From: Myxococcaceae bacterium
GTDB taxonomy: Bacteria > Myxococcota > Myxococcia > Myxococcales > UBA5297
Direction: 5' to 3'
DNA length: 64,000 nucleotides
Assembly (NCBI GenBank): GCA_017500825.1
Contig: JAFVYB010000114.1
Coordinates: forward strand, 5,420-69,419
Shown here: one piece after another, positions 19,284 through 31,804 of the stretch
Numbering within the stretch: the stretch's first letter is position 1
Layout: every line of letters starts with the position of its first letter
Translations under genes and position numbers: made by a program
The notes under the pieces: generated by a model
The model's database searches: none
What the model saw: the letters and a program-made list of their open reading frames with translations, nothing else
Told to the model about the DNA's origin: nothing

Positions 19284-22200
19284 ATGACAAGACGCCACGC
19301 CGCCTCCCTTCTGCCGACGCTCTGCGCTCTTCTGTTTTTCGCCTGTGAACCCGCGAACGCGCCCCTGCCGCCAGATTCGATCGCGGCGACCGCCAATAGC
19401 GCCGACGCCGCGGCGACGATCCCCGCGCCCGACTGGGACGAGGACATCGCCAGGTCGCCACTGTCGGGTTCGGCCTGGCGCGAGATCGACGCGCTGCAGA
19501 AGAAAAAAAATTTCGGCGAGGCGCTCAAACGCACCCTGGCGCTGCGCGAACCGGCCAAACAGGCGGGCAATCAGCGCGAGTGGACGCTCACACTCATGCG
19601 CGAGGCGCGGCTGCGCGAGGCGATCGACGGTGTCGAGGCGGCGCTCGATCATCTGACGCGGGCACAATGGCCGTCCGATCCGATCTTTCAGTGCGCGCTC
19701 CACCTGACAAAGGCGCGGGCGCTCACGACGCTGGCCCGTTCGACGAGTGCCGATGGCTGGCCCAAGGTGCCGCCCGGTTCCCTGCGAAGCGACATCGACG
19801 CCGCCTTTGCCGCCGCCTGGGCGCATCGCGACGGTCTGGCCACGCTCTCCTTCCGGCACCTGGCGGAGGTGCTCGATCGCAACAGCTTCCCCAAAGGCGT
19901 CCGGCCGACGCCCAGCGACGCGCTCGCCTACCTGTGGAGCGAACTCCTCGCCGATCGCGCGCACTGGACGCCGGAAGAGCGCGAACGCGCGGACAGAATC
20001 GCGCCCGCCGAACTTTTGACGCCTGACGCGGCGATCTCCCTGACAGACCCAGGCGTCCATCCCCTGATCAAGCTCTCCGCCATCCTCGCCGAGCTGGAGC
20101 GCTGGCACCTCTTGCGCGACGAACGGCCCGCGGCGCTGGAGGCGACACGCGTTCGGTTTCTCTCTCTCGATCGCGCGCTTGCTTCTCCGAGATTGCGCGC
20201 CGCCCTTCGCGCCCACTTCGAAAAGAAATTTGGCGAGTCGCGCGATCTGAGCGGGTTTGCCGTGGCCATGCACGCGCTGGCGACATCGGCCCTCGACGAC
20301 AGTTCCCCGGCGGAGGCGCGGCGGCTGGCGCAGGCAGGATGGGACGCCTTCCCCGGCAAGCTGGGCGGCAAGATGTGCGACGCGCTCGTCGACGAAATCG
20401 AGCGGCCGCGCGTGTCGATCGAAGCGCTGGAAACAGCAGCGCCAGAAATGCCCTCGATCCGCGTGACGCACGCCGCCACCGCCCGCCTCTTCTTTCGCGC
20501 CTACGCCTTTGACGCCCGCGCCCGCTTCCTCGCCGCGCAAGGCCAGCCGAACGCCTTTTCCACGCAACAGATCGCCGACATCGTCGCGAAAGAGACCCCC
20601 GCCGCCAGCTGGCAGGTCGATCTCGGCAGCCAGAGCGACTTCCGCGAAAAGACGCGCCTCGTCATCCCGCCCATCGAACGCGCGGGCGCCTACCTCGTGC
20701 TGGCCGCGCTCGACGAGTCGTTCGACGCCGCGCAAGGACCTCTCTGGGCCGCGAACCTCACCGTCTCGACGCTGCTCACCGCTGTCCGCCAGACAGGGCG
20801 CGACCTCTCGGTCCTGATCCTCGACGCGCGCGATGGCGGTCCTGTCTCCGGCGCCAGGGTCGAACTCTTCGCCGCCGCCACCCAAAGCGCCGACGCCAAA
20901 ACCAGCGCCGCCCAGGCCCAAAGCGATGGCGACAGCGCCCAGAAACCCGTCGCGGAGGCGACGAGCGACGCGAACGGCGAGGCGCGGATCCGCCTGCCCC
21001 AGAATCGGCAGCCCCTCGGCGCCATCGTCCACCACGGCGAGGAGATCATCCCCATCGGCGGCCTGTCCGCCGCGCTCGGAGCGAATCACGACGACAAGGG
21101 CAGCGACATGGGCGCGCACCTGCTCCTTGAACGCGACAGCGCCGTCGTCGGCGAGCGGCTGGGGTGGAAGGCGTTCGCGTTCACGCGCCATGCCGGGAAC
21201 GCGGCCAAACCGTTCAAGGCGGGCACGAAGATCAGCCTCGAATTGCTGGACGCGCGCGGTGAACGCCTCGCGCAGTCCCAGGCCAGGCTGAACGCCATGG
21301 GAACAGCGCACGGCCAGATCGAGCTGCCCATCGGCGCGCCCTCAGGCGAATGGACCGCCCGGCTCGTGGTCCATCCCGGCGCGCGCCCCCTGGCGAGCAT
21401 GGCGTTGAACGTCATTCCCGCGCCCACAGCTGGCGAACCCACGATCGCGCTGCGCTCGCGCGATGGCTTTCAACGCGTCGGACGCGCGGCCAACTTCGAC
21501 ATTGAAGCGCTCACGGCAGAGGGGCAACCGCTCGCCCAGGGCAGAGGACGCTGGCGACTCTTTCGCGAGGCGGCGTGCGGCGACAAAGGCGCTCTTTGTC
21601 CCGAAAGCGCGGCCCAGATCGTCGACGCGGGCGAGGGCGTTCTGGACGACACGGGACACCTCGCGTTCAGCGCGACCCCCACGGCAGAGGGCGAATCGCC
21701 ACAGGACTGCCAGCACTACCGGCTGGAGGTCGAGGTCAGCGGCCACGACGGCTCAGGCGCGAGCCTGGTTCAGCGCGCCACACTCGCCCGACCGGACATC
21801 GCCCTCAGCCTCGACACGCCGCCCGGCTTTCTCATCGAGGGACAGGCCGCCGAGCTCACACTCAGGCGCCAGCGCAGGCGCGCAGAGCCCAGCGCGGGGG
21901 AGAGCCGCTTCTCGCTCGCCAAACTTTCCATGCCCTCTCAGCGCGCGTCGTTCGCCTCGACGACGACCAACGCGACCACCCCCGCGGCCTCGACGGTGGA
22001 CCACTTCGCCCAGGGCGACCTCGACGCGACGCGGGACTTGCTCGCGAACGCGCTCGAAGGTGAGCGAATCGCCTCGGGGACGCTGACCCACGACGCGCGC
22101 GGTCTGGCCACCATCGCCCTGCCCGCCCTGCAGGCTGGCGCCTATCGACTGCGCTGCGAGACGCGGGACGCCTTTGGCGAACGCCTGGAGATGAGCGCGA

Positions 22201-23060
22201 TCGTCCTCGTCGCCTCCCCTGCCCCAGATCTGCCACTCAAAGCCGTGTTCCTCGCCGAGCAAAACCGCCTGCGTGTCGGCGATCGCCTGCGCCTCCTCGC
22301 CCACTCGGAACGCGCGCAGCAAAAGATGTTTCTGGAGCTCTTCCGCCAGGGGCGCCGCATTCACCAGCGCTGGCTGACCGCCAAAGACTCGCCGGCCATC
22401 GTCGAGCGGCTCATGCGCCCTTCAGATCGCGGCACGATCAGCGCGCGCCTGACACTGGCCATCGACGGGCGGCTGCACGTCCTCGAACAAAGCGTCGAAG
22501 TGCTGGGCAAGTCGCAGGGAATCGCCATCGAGGTGACGCCACAGGAAGCGCCGGACGCGAAGAACACGCTCAAACTCGCGTTCAAGCGGGGGGATGGCCG
22601 TCCGGTGAACCCGCGCCAGCTCGATATCTCCCTCGCCATCGCCGTTGAGCCCCCCGCCTCCGTCGGCGACATGCCGACAGCCGACAGGCGTCAAAACAGC
22701 GCGAGAGCGGATCAGCAGCGCTCGTTCCCCTTTGAAGCGATCCTGGCGGCGACGCCCGGCGAACAGCGCTCCGCGCGACTCGACTTTGACGAAGATCGAT
22801 TCCAGCGGCCGATCGCCCCGACTCAGGCGATGAGCCCCACGCGTTCTGTCCCCCGACCGCGACTCGATCGTCCCCGACTCTGGCAACCCGACCCACGCCT
22901 CGCGCGCGACGGCACAACCACCATCGAGCTGCCGTCCTCGACCGCGGGCGACGAACGACTCTGGATTCAGGCCGTCGGACGCGATCTCGACGTCACCGTC
23001 CTCGACCTCCCCCTCACGGCCCTGCGCGGGACAGCGACGACAGCTCCAGCGGACAGGTGA
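19284..23060 (+). CDS. Large secreted, possibly lipidated, protein with alpha-2-macroglobulin-like MG (beta-sandwich) repeats
   Basis: Signal peptide ending LLFFAC (weak lipobox). Repeated segments resemble bacterial A2M MG domains (LSVLILDARDGGPVSGARVELFAA..., GTAHGQIELPIGAPSGEWTARLVV, GAYRLRCETRDAFGERL). No CxEQ thioester motif is visible. Confidence 0.55.
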   Translation: MTRRHAASLLPTLCALLFFACEPANAPLPPDSIAATANSADAAATIPAPDWDEDIARSPLSGSAWREIDALQKKKNFGEALKRTLALREPAKQAGNQREWTLTLMREARLREAIDGVEAALDHLTRAQWPSDPIFQCALHLTKARALTTLARSTSADGWPKVPPGSLRSDIDAAFAAAWAHRDGLATLSFRHLAEVLDRNSFPKGVRPTPSDALAYLWSELLADRAHWTPEERERADRIAPAELLTPDAAISLTDPGVHPLIKLSAILAELERWHLLRDERPAALEATRVRFLSLDRALASPRLRAALRAHFEKKFGESRDLSGFAVAMHALATSALDDSSPAEARRLAQAGWDAFPGKLGGKMCDALVDEIERPRVSIEALETAAPEMPSIRVTHAATARLFFRAYAFDARARFLAAQGQPNAFSTQQIADIVAKETPAASWQVDLGSQSDFREKTRLVIPPIERAGAYLVLAALDESFDAAQGPLWAANLTVSTLLTAVRQTGRDLSVLILDARDGGPVSGARVELFAAATQSADAKTSAAQAQSDGDSAQKPVAEATSDANGEARIRLPQNRQPLGAIVHHGEEIIPIGGLSAALGANHDDKGSDMGAHLLLERDSAVVGERLGWKAFAFTRHAGNAAKPFKAGTKISLELLDARGERLAQSQARLNAMGTAHGQIELPIGAPSGEWTARLVVHPGARPLASMALNVIPAPTAGEPTIALRSRDGFQRVGRAANFDIEALTAEGQPLAQGRGRWRLFREAACGDKGALCPESAAQIVDAGEGVLDDTGHLAFSATPTAEGESPQDCQHYRLEVEVSGHDGSGASLVQRATLARPDIALSLDTPPGFLIEGQAAELTLRRQRRRAEPSAGESRFSLAKLSMPSQRASFASTTTNATTPAASTVDHFAQGDLDATRDLLANALEGERIASGTLTHDARGLATIALPALQAGAYRLRCETRDAFGERLEMSAIVLVASPAPDLPLKAVFLAEQNRLRVGDRLRLLAHSERAQQKMFLELFRQGRRIHQRWLTAKDSPAIVERLMRPSDRGTISARLTLAIDGRLHVLEQSVEVLGKSQGIAIEVTPQEAPDAKNTLKLAFKRGDGRPVNPRQLDISLAIAVEPPASVGDMPTADRRQNSARADQQRSFPFEAILAATPGEQRSARLDFDEDRFQRPIAPTQAMSPTRSVPRPRLDRPRLWQPDPRLARDGTTTIELPSSTAGDERLWIQAVGRDLDVTVLDLPLTALRGTATTAPADR

Positions 23061-23174
23061 TTGCCGCCTCGCCCTGGTTCGCGACGAGCGCGCGTTCCCA
23101 GAGCGCGCCCACAAAAAACCCCGCGTCCCTGAGACTGGGCAGCGGGGTTCTCGATGGCTCTCTGGCGGCGAGGT

Positions 23175-26045
<2,871 letters not shown>

Positions 26046-26213
26046 TCAGCAAATTCCTCACATCACAAACATGAAAGGCGATGAAAAATCGGCCGCTCTT
26101 GGCTCATTCGATTTTTACGTCACCCGTTTTGATTGCCCCGAACGCTGAAAAATCAATCCAACAAAGCGACTCGGGCGTCGTCCCGGAATCAACTCAGATT
26201 CAATTCAATGCTC

Positions 26214-26246
26214 AAAGCGCCCGATTTTCCGGAAATCAGGCGCTTT
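26214..26246 (-). promoter_or_regulatory. Stem-loop with a 14-bp stem in the nusA-infB spacer
   Basis: aaagcgcccgattt (26214-26227) pairs with aaatcaggcgcttt (26233-26246) with one mismatch. No U-run follows on the transcribed (minus) strand, so it is not a classical terminator. Confidence 0.3.
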
Positions 26247-26262
26247 GTTTCAAAGGTGCGCG

Positions 26263-27954
26263 TCATTCATCCGCAGAAATTTCATCTGCGGCGTCCTCCA
26301 TGGCCTTGGCCGCGTTCCGCTCTGCGTTCAGCGCCTCGCGCAGCTTGCCCTCCTCGACGAGGTAGGTCTCCGCGGCGGTCTTAAGCTGGCGGACCTTCTT
26401 GATTCCCAGCCCTGAACGCTCGGCCAGCTTCATCAGATCGCGCTCGGCAATCAGCTCCTCGACGGTCTGACAGCCACCCTGCGAGAGTTGCTCGACGATC
26501 TTTTCGCCCACGCCACGCACGCGCATGAGTCGCTCGACCTGCGAGAGCTCATCCGGATGACGGCGCGCCTCGGCCAGACGTGCGGCCTCGCGATCTTCCT
26601 CCATCTTGCGCAGCGTCTCAGCGTCCTTGGCCATCTGAACGCGGGCGGCGGCCTGAATCTCCGAAATCCAGCCAGCCTCCATGCCGGGAATCTGGACGAG
26701 CAAGTCCGCGGGGGCATCGGCGATCTCTCGCGCCTGGCGCAGGCCATGGGCGTAGAGCGTCTCGATCAAAAGTTCGCTCATGTGCGGCAGCGCGCCCAAC
26801 GAGACGGCCGCGAATTCGCGCAACGCCTTGACCCTGCTCTCGGAGTTGATGTCGAGCTTCCAGCCCGTCAGCTGCGCGGCCAGGCGGACGTTCTGCCCAC
26901 GGCGACCGATCGCCAGTGAGAGCTGATCGTCGGGCACAATGATTTCCATCGCGTGGTTGGCCTCGTCGATGAGGACGCGGCTGACCTCAGCCGGAGCGAG
27001 CGCGGCGCAGACAAAACGCGCGGGGTCTTCGTCCCAGGGAACGATGTCGATCTTCTCGCCGCGCAATTCCTGCACCACCGCCTGCACGCGGCTGCCCTTC
27101 ATGCCCACGCAGGCGCCAACAGGATCGACGTCCGGATCGTGCGTGCTGACAGCGATCTTGGCCCGTCCTCCTGGCTCGCGCGCCGCAGCCTCGATAACAA
27201 CCACACCTTCGGCGATCTCAGGCACCTCGCGCTCAAAGAGCTTGGTCAACAGATGCGCCGAAGTCCTGGAGAGGATGATCTGCGGTCCTTTCGACTCGCG
27301 CAGCACGTCGATCACATAGGCCTCGACGCGATCGCCCGCCCGATAACTCTCGCGCTGCACCTGCTCGCGCACTGGCAGCACCGCCTCCGCTCGCCCGAGG
27401 TCGACGATGATATTGCCGTGCTCGAATCGCCTCGCGGCCCCAGTCACCAACTCGCCTTTGCGATCGAAATACTCGTTGTAGACGATCTCGCGCTCCGCAT
27501 CGCGCGTGCGCTGAATGATGACCTGCTTAACCGTCTGCGCGGCGATACGCCCGAAGAGCTGGCGCGCCGTCTTCAGGCGCAGGATGTCGCCATATTGATC
27601 GTCCTGTGCCTTGGCCGCCTTGGCGTCCGCGTCCAGGTAAAAAATCTGAAAGACGAGCTCATCGCCCGGCTCCACATCGAGCCCCTTCTCGCGCGCCTCA
27701 TCGATCGGCAGCTCGTTCACTTCCTGCAACGGGTCGCTGATCTCCTCGACGATGGCGATGGCCTGGAAGAGCTCGACCACGCCCTTCTGCTCGTCATAGC
27801 GCGACTCAAGGTTCCGCTCCTGGCCAAAGCTCTTCTTGGCTGCCTGTAGAATCGCCTGCTCCAGCGTCTCAATGAGCACGGACCTCTCAAGGCCTTTGTC
27901 CTTAGCGACCTGATCGATGATGAGGTTCAAGTTGATGCTCTGCGGCTGTGGCAT
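26263..27954 (-). CDS. nusA: Transcription termination/antitermination factor NusA
   Basis: ORF 26263..28398. The real start is at [35 protein letters not shown] (ATG complement at 27952-27954). S1 and KH domains ([48 protein letters not shown]) and C-terminal HhH repeats. Confidence 0.95.
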   Translation of the reverse strand: MPQPQSINLNLIIDQVAKDKGLERSVLIETLEQAILQAAKKSFGQERNLESRYDEQKGVVELFQAIAIVEEISDPLQEVNELPIDEAREKGLDVEPGDELVFQIFYLDADAKAAKAQDDQYGDILRLKTARQLFGRIAAQTVKQVIIQRTRDAEREIVYNEYFDRKGELVTGAARRFEHGNIIVDLGRAEAVLPVREQVQRESYRAGDRVEAYVIDVLRESKGPQIILSRTSAHLLTKLFEREVPEIAEGVVVIEAAAREPGGRAKIAVSTHDPDVDPVGACVGMKGSRVQAVVQELRGEKIDIVPWDEDPARFVCAALAPAEVSRVLIDEANHAMEIIVPDDQLSLAIGRRGQNVRLAAQLTGWKLDINSESRVKALREFAAVSLGALPHMSELLIETLYAHGLRQAREIADAPADLLVQIPGMEAGWISEIQAAARVQMAKDAETLRKMEEDREAARLAEARRHPDELSQVERLMRVRGVGEKIVEQLSQGGCQTVEELIAERDLMKLAERSGLGIKKVRQLKTAAETYLVEEGKLREALNAERNAAKAMEDAADEISADE

Positions 27955-28171
27955 GGACCGGCTCCTTCCTCTCTTGGCTGCGACCCTGTGACGGCGCGTC
28001 CCGGCGTCTCTTCCGCCAGGCTGTCTGAAGACCGTTTCGGGTTTTGTTTGTCGGCGGGTCATCCTGCGATTGCCCGCGGCGTTTAGGCGGCGACCGGAGT
28101 GGCGCGAACGCCGGACGCCTTCTTTCAAAATGTCGAGCACCAGCCGTCGAAAACGACCGCACGGGCCCGTT

Positions 28172-28657
28172 TCAATCCCATTCGGGCTGCAGGTTGGCCT
28201 TGGCGATGTCCTTTCTCTCGATGACGAAGCGGCCGGCACCCTCGACCTCCACCTCAACGCACTCGTTCTCAAAAGCGACGAGCACACCGGTGAGAGATTT
28301 GCGCGGTGGCGTGAAGAGCGGGCGGAAGAGGCGGACGCGAACGCGCTGACCAATCGCGCGCTGAAAATGCGCTGGCCTCGTGAGCGGGCGCTCGACACCG
28401 GGGCTGGAGACCTCCAGCACGTATTCGTGGGAGATCAGCTCTGCGACCTCAATGGCCGAATCGACGGCGTTGCTGGCGCGCTCGCAGTCGTCAATACCGA
28501 CGCCGTTGCCCGGCGAGCTGCCGCCCAGCTTATCGATGAAGAGCCTGAGCACGTGGCGCCCGCCCTCGCGCACAAACTCCACGTCGATGAGCTCGTAACC
28601 CTCGTTTTCAAGGATGGGGGCGACCAGCGCCCAAGTCTGTTCGGCGATCGTCTTCAA
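28172..28657 (-). CDS. rimP: Ribosome maturation factor RimP
   Basis: LKTIAEQTWALVAPILENEGYELIDVEFVREGGRHVLRLFIDK... matches the RimP N-terminus. The probable start is a TTG (complement at 28655-28657), giving 161 aa. The alternative is the ATG at 28717. Classical rimP-nusA-infB order. Confidence 0.8.
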   Translation of the reverse strand: MKTIAEQTWALVAPILENEGYELIDVEFVREGGRHVLRLFIDKLGGSSPGNGVGIDDCERASNAVDSAIEVAELISHEYVLEVSSPGVERPLTRPAHFQRAIGQRVRVRLFRPLFTPPRKSLTGVLVAFENECVEVEVEGAGRFVIERKDIAKANLQPEWD

Positions 28658-28826
28658 GGGGGGGCTTCCAAAAAAAGAAAAGCGGGCTGAACAACGCCCA
28701 CTTTTCGGGAGAGTCATCTCGATTTCGCGAAAAATGCGGCGGCGCCCTAGCACAAGGCCGTCCGCTTTACAAGCTGGCGAAAACGCTTCTCTGCACTCAT
28801 GGGGAATGGCGCGGTTTTCACCGGCG

Positions 28827-28874
28827 TTGACACCCTCAAATCAATTGACACCGCGAGAGAACCGCCCGTAGCTT
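28827..28874 (+). promoter_or_regulatory. Candidate sigma70-type promoter for pspA
   Basis: Two TTGACAcc boxes (28827-28832 and 28845-28850). The second is followed after 18 nt by TAGCTT (28869-28874). Assigned by pattern only. Confidence 0.25.
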
Positions 28875-28891
28875 CCGCGCGCTTTTGGAGG

Positions 28892-28920
28892 GCCCCGGGG
28901 CAACTCGCTCCGGGGCTTTT
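28892..28920 (+). promoter_or_regulatory. Terminator-like hairpin in the pspA 5' leader (possible attenuator)
   Basis: GCCCCGG (28892-28898) pairs with CCGGGGC (28910-28916), followed by TTTT (28917-28920). It lies 85 nt upstream of the pspA ATG. Confidence 0.3.
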
Positions 28921-29004
28921 CATTCGCCCTCCCTCCAAACGAATTCTCCCTGAATTCCGACGGGCACCCCCCAACAATCATTATCCAGTCGAAGGAGTTG
29001 GACC

Positions 29005-29781
29005 ATGTGGGAACGATTCAAGCGCGCCATGCGCTCATTCGCCGGATTTTTCGTCTCATCGATCGAAAACCCTGAGCTGATTCTCGAGCAGAACATCCGG
29101 GACCTGAACGACCAGGTTCCCAAGATGAACGAGAACATCGCCATGGTCCGCGCGAACGTCACGCTGCTCGAAAAGGAGAACGCCAAATACAAGGCCGAGA
29201 TCGCGCAGCTGACGAACAAGGTGAAGGCCGCCATCCAGTCGGGACGCGACGATGTCGCCGCCCAATACGCCACCAAGCTCCAGTCGGAGAAAGAAGCGCT
29301 CGTCCGCAATGAGGGTCAGCTGACCACAGCACGCGCCGCCTACGAGAAGGCCCTCGCCGTGAAAAAGGCCTTCATGAAGGAGAAGGAAAAGAAGACGCAG
29401 CAGGCGCAGCAGGCGCTCCAGGACGCGCAGCGCGCCAAATGGCAGGCCAAGGTCGCCGACTCGCTCGAATCCTTCCAGGTCGCCGGCGTGGACGCGACGC
29501 ACGACGAGATGTTGCGCAAGGTGGAGGAGCAGTCGGCCGTGAACCAGGCGCGGCTTGAGATGGCGCTCGACTCGGTCGACACCGTCGGCATGCAGATCGA
29601 GGAGGACGCCCAGAGCATCCAGGCCAATGAGCTGGTCAAGCAGATGAAACTGGAGATGGGGCTGATCGCGCCCGAGCCCGTCGCGCCCATCGCTGCCGAT
29701 CCGATCGCCAGCCCGGTGGCAGATCCCATGGCGGAGAGCGCCAAGACGATCGGCAAGAAGGTCGGCGAATTCGATGTCTGA
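29005..29781 (+). CDS. pspA: PspA/IM30 (phage shock protein A / Vipp1) family protein
   Basis: MWERFKRAMRSFAGFFVSSIENPELILEQNIRDLNDQVPKMNENIAMVRAN is the typical PspA/IM30 N-terminus. The rest is long coiled coil. GGAG Shine-Dalgarno upstream. Confidence 0.9.
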   Translation: MWERFKRAMRSFAGFFVSSIENPELILEQNIRDLNDQVPKMNENIAMVRANVTLLEKENAKYKAEIAQLTNKVKAAIQSGRDDVAAQYATKLQSEKEALVRNEGQLTTARAAYEKALAVKKAFMKEKEKKTQQAQQALQDAQRAKWQAKVADSLESFQVAGVDATHDEMLRKVEEQSAVNQARLEMALDSVDTVGMQIEEDAQSIQANELVKQMKLEMGLIAPEPVAPIAADPIASPVADPMAESAKTIGKKVGEFDV

Positions 29782-29895
29782 GGCCTGAGCGCCTTCCCTT
29801 AACGGCGAAGCGCGCTGCTCATGCGTTGACATCGGCGTTCCATTCCACACGCGATTGGGACGCCGACGCCGAAACATTCCCAAGGCCTTCGCCCC

Positions 29896-31590
29896 ATGCC
29901 CAAGCTCACCTTCGGCGCCAGATCCTTCGCTCTCACCGCGACGGGTCTGGCGCTTTTTGCGTTGTTTGCCCTTCACGAGGCCTGCCCTGGCCACCTCAGG
30001 CGCGATCGCCTCGGAACCCCCGTCTCGACCGCGACGGAACAGGATCGCGCGGAAAAGCGCTCCCCAACAACCGCGGCCAAGCCACGCGGCGCTCCCTCTT
30101 TGCTCGACTTTCCTGCAGGCGCGGAGGCACCGGCTGGCCCCCACGCGACGCGGCCGCGACGACCTGTCCGACTGGCGACGCGCGTGCGCGCTTCAATCGC
30201 AACCCTGCTGCAGGCAACGGGAGGCGTGGGGTTTCATCCGGAATCGGCGGCCAACAGAGGGCACGGGGTGCGGCTGCAGCTGACCATCGCGCAGAGTGAG
30301 GAAGAGCTCATCTCCCTCTTTTTGCGCGGCGGCGACGATGGCGGCGCTGACTTGGTCGCGATGAGTCTGGAGCGCTTCGTGGCTCTCCTGCCCAGACTCC
30401 AGCCTGCCAGGCCCAAAATTTTCCTCCTCCTGGCCAATTCGCGCGGCGCCGACAGCCTGCTGACGACCGCTCGCGTGGCCTCGATCGGCGAACTGCGCGG
30501 ACGGCGCATCGCCTACGATCAGACAGACGCCGGGCTCTATTTTTTGACATGGCGGATGCTCAAGGAGGGGCTCACGCTCGACGCCGTCACGCTGAAAGCG
30601 GCCACCTCCCCCGCCGAGGCACTGCGCTGGCTGCGCGAAGGGCAGGTGGACGCCGCCTTAGTCCACGACCTCGAACTGGCGCGCGGCATCGGCATCCCGG
30701 TCGAGCCTCAGGACGATCACCTGCATGAAGCCGAACCTCTGGACGCGCCGATGACAGAGGAAGCGCTGGCGGTCGAAGGCGCCGAGGAAGGCGTTGGCGA
30801 CATGGAAGCGCCGCTGGAGGACGACGGCTTGAATGGCGACGAGGCAGACGAGGATGCGCCCAGCCATCTGCACCGGCTGGCCTCCACCGCCGACGCGCCG
30901 CGTCTCGTGCCCCAGGTCCTGATCGGCCGGGGTGAGTTTTTGGCCCGCTACCCGGATGTCGCCCGCAGGACCGCGCGCGCCCTGCTCGCCGAGGCGCTGA
31001 ACACCGACGACGATCCCCTGCCAGCGGCGCGGCGACTCCTGGAGCAGGTGCCGACCTTGAGAGATCCGCGCGACGCCATCCGCCGCGAGCCGCCCGCTTC
31101 CTTCGCCGAAAACAAGGCCTTTTTCAGGCTCGACGGCCAGAGCGCGCCCGTCGCCTACGCGGATCTCTTCGCGAGCATCCGGCGCGTTCTCGACAAGCTG
31201 CAGAGCGAACCGACGATTGGCGAAGCGGACGACTTTTTTTGGGAAGCGCCCCTGCGGAGGCTCTCGGCCAAGTCGATCGCCTCTGGTCGCATGATCGCCA
31301 GGCGCGCCGCCCAGGCACGCGCGACACCGACCAACGCCGAGCCAGACAGAAACGACTCCGAGACGGCGACGCCTCCGCCTGAACGAGCGCCACAGGACAC
31401 ATCCGCGGAGACAGCCCAGCCCGTCGCGTCCATGCAGGAAGAGCCCGCCGACCGCGCGCAGGGGACGCCCGGCGAGAGCGATTCAATCGATTCGCCAGCG
31501 CACATCGCCGCCCCGGAAGCGACGGCCGCCGACATAGCGCCAGGCGAACCGGACGTGGCCGAGGCCAGCGCCGCGAACGACGATCCTTAA
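29896..31590 (+). CDS. Secreted protein with an NMT1/SsuA-like periplasmic substrate-binding fold, an acidic insertion and an acidic tail; hypothetical
   Basis: Signal-like N-terminus (FALTATGLALFALFAL). Segments such as ...KIFLLLANSRGADSLLT...GELRGRRIAYDQTDAGLYFL...LREGQVDAALV...LIGRGEFLARYPDVARRTARALLAE resemble ABC-type sulfonate/nitrate binding proteins. Assignment rests on pattern recognition only. Confidence 0.4.
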   Translation: MPKLTFGARSFALTATGLALFALFALHEACPGHLRRDRLGTPVSTATEQDRAEKRSPTTAAKPRGAPSLLDFPAGAEAPAGPHATRPRRPVRLATRVRASIATLLQATGGVGFHPESAANRGHGVRLQLTIAQSEEELISLFLRGGDDGGADLVAMSLERFVALLPRLQPARPKIFLLLANSRGADSLLTTARVASIGELRGRRIAYDQTDAGLYFLTWRMLKEGLTLDAVTLKAATSPAEALRWLREGQVDAALVHDLELARGIGIPVEPQDDHLHEAEPLDAPMTEEALAVEGAEEGVGDMEAPLEDDGLNGDEADEDAPSHLHRLASTADAPRLVPQVLIGRGEFLARYPDVARRTARALLAEALNTDDDPLPAARRLLEQVPTLRDPRDAIRREPPASFAENKAFFRLDGQSAPVAYADLFASIRRVLDKLQSEPTIGEADDFFWEAPLRRLSAKSIASGRMIARRAAQARATPTNAEPDRNDSETATPPPERAPQDTSAETAQPVASMQEEPADRAQGTPGESDSIDSPAHIAAPEATAADIAPGEPDVAEASAANDDP

Positions 31591-31804
31591 GCCAGATCGC
31601 ACGAGCTCAAGACGGCGCTTCCTGTCTCGCAGTTTCACGCCCCCGCGCCGCCGACCGACCGCAATCGCCCCTCCCCCAAACGCGAATGCGCGACGGCAGC
31701 AGGACGTTTCAAGGCGTGCCGAGCGGTTGCGTCCTGTCCTGGCCACGCACAGATCCGCCCGCCTGCCACTCGCCCCAGTCCAAGCCCACACGAGGTCCCG
31801 CGCC

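Noticed and set aside
19140-21311. 723-aa minus-strand ORF, plus several 100-230-aa ORFs inside 19284-23060
   Set aside because: It lies opposite the 1258-aa MG-repeat gene, which has a signal peptide and a consistent GC3 bias. The translation is R/G/A-rich with no domain pattern.
26046-26262. Expected small ylxR/ylxQ-type gene between nusA and infB
   Set aside because: The 217-nt gap has no open frame with a start and Shine-Dalgarno sequence of adequate length. Only a stem-loop was noted.
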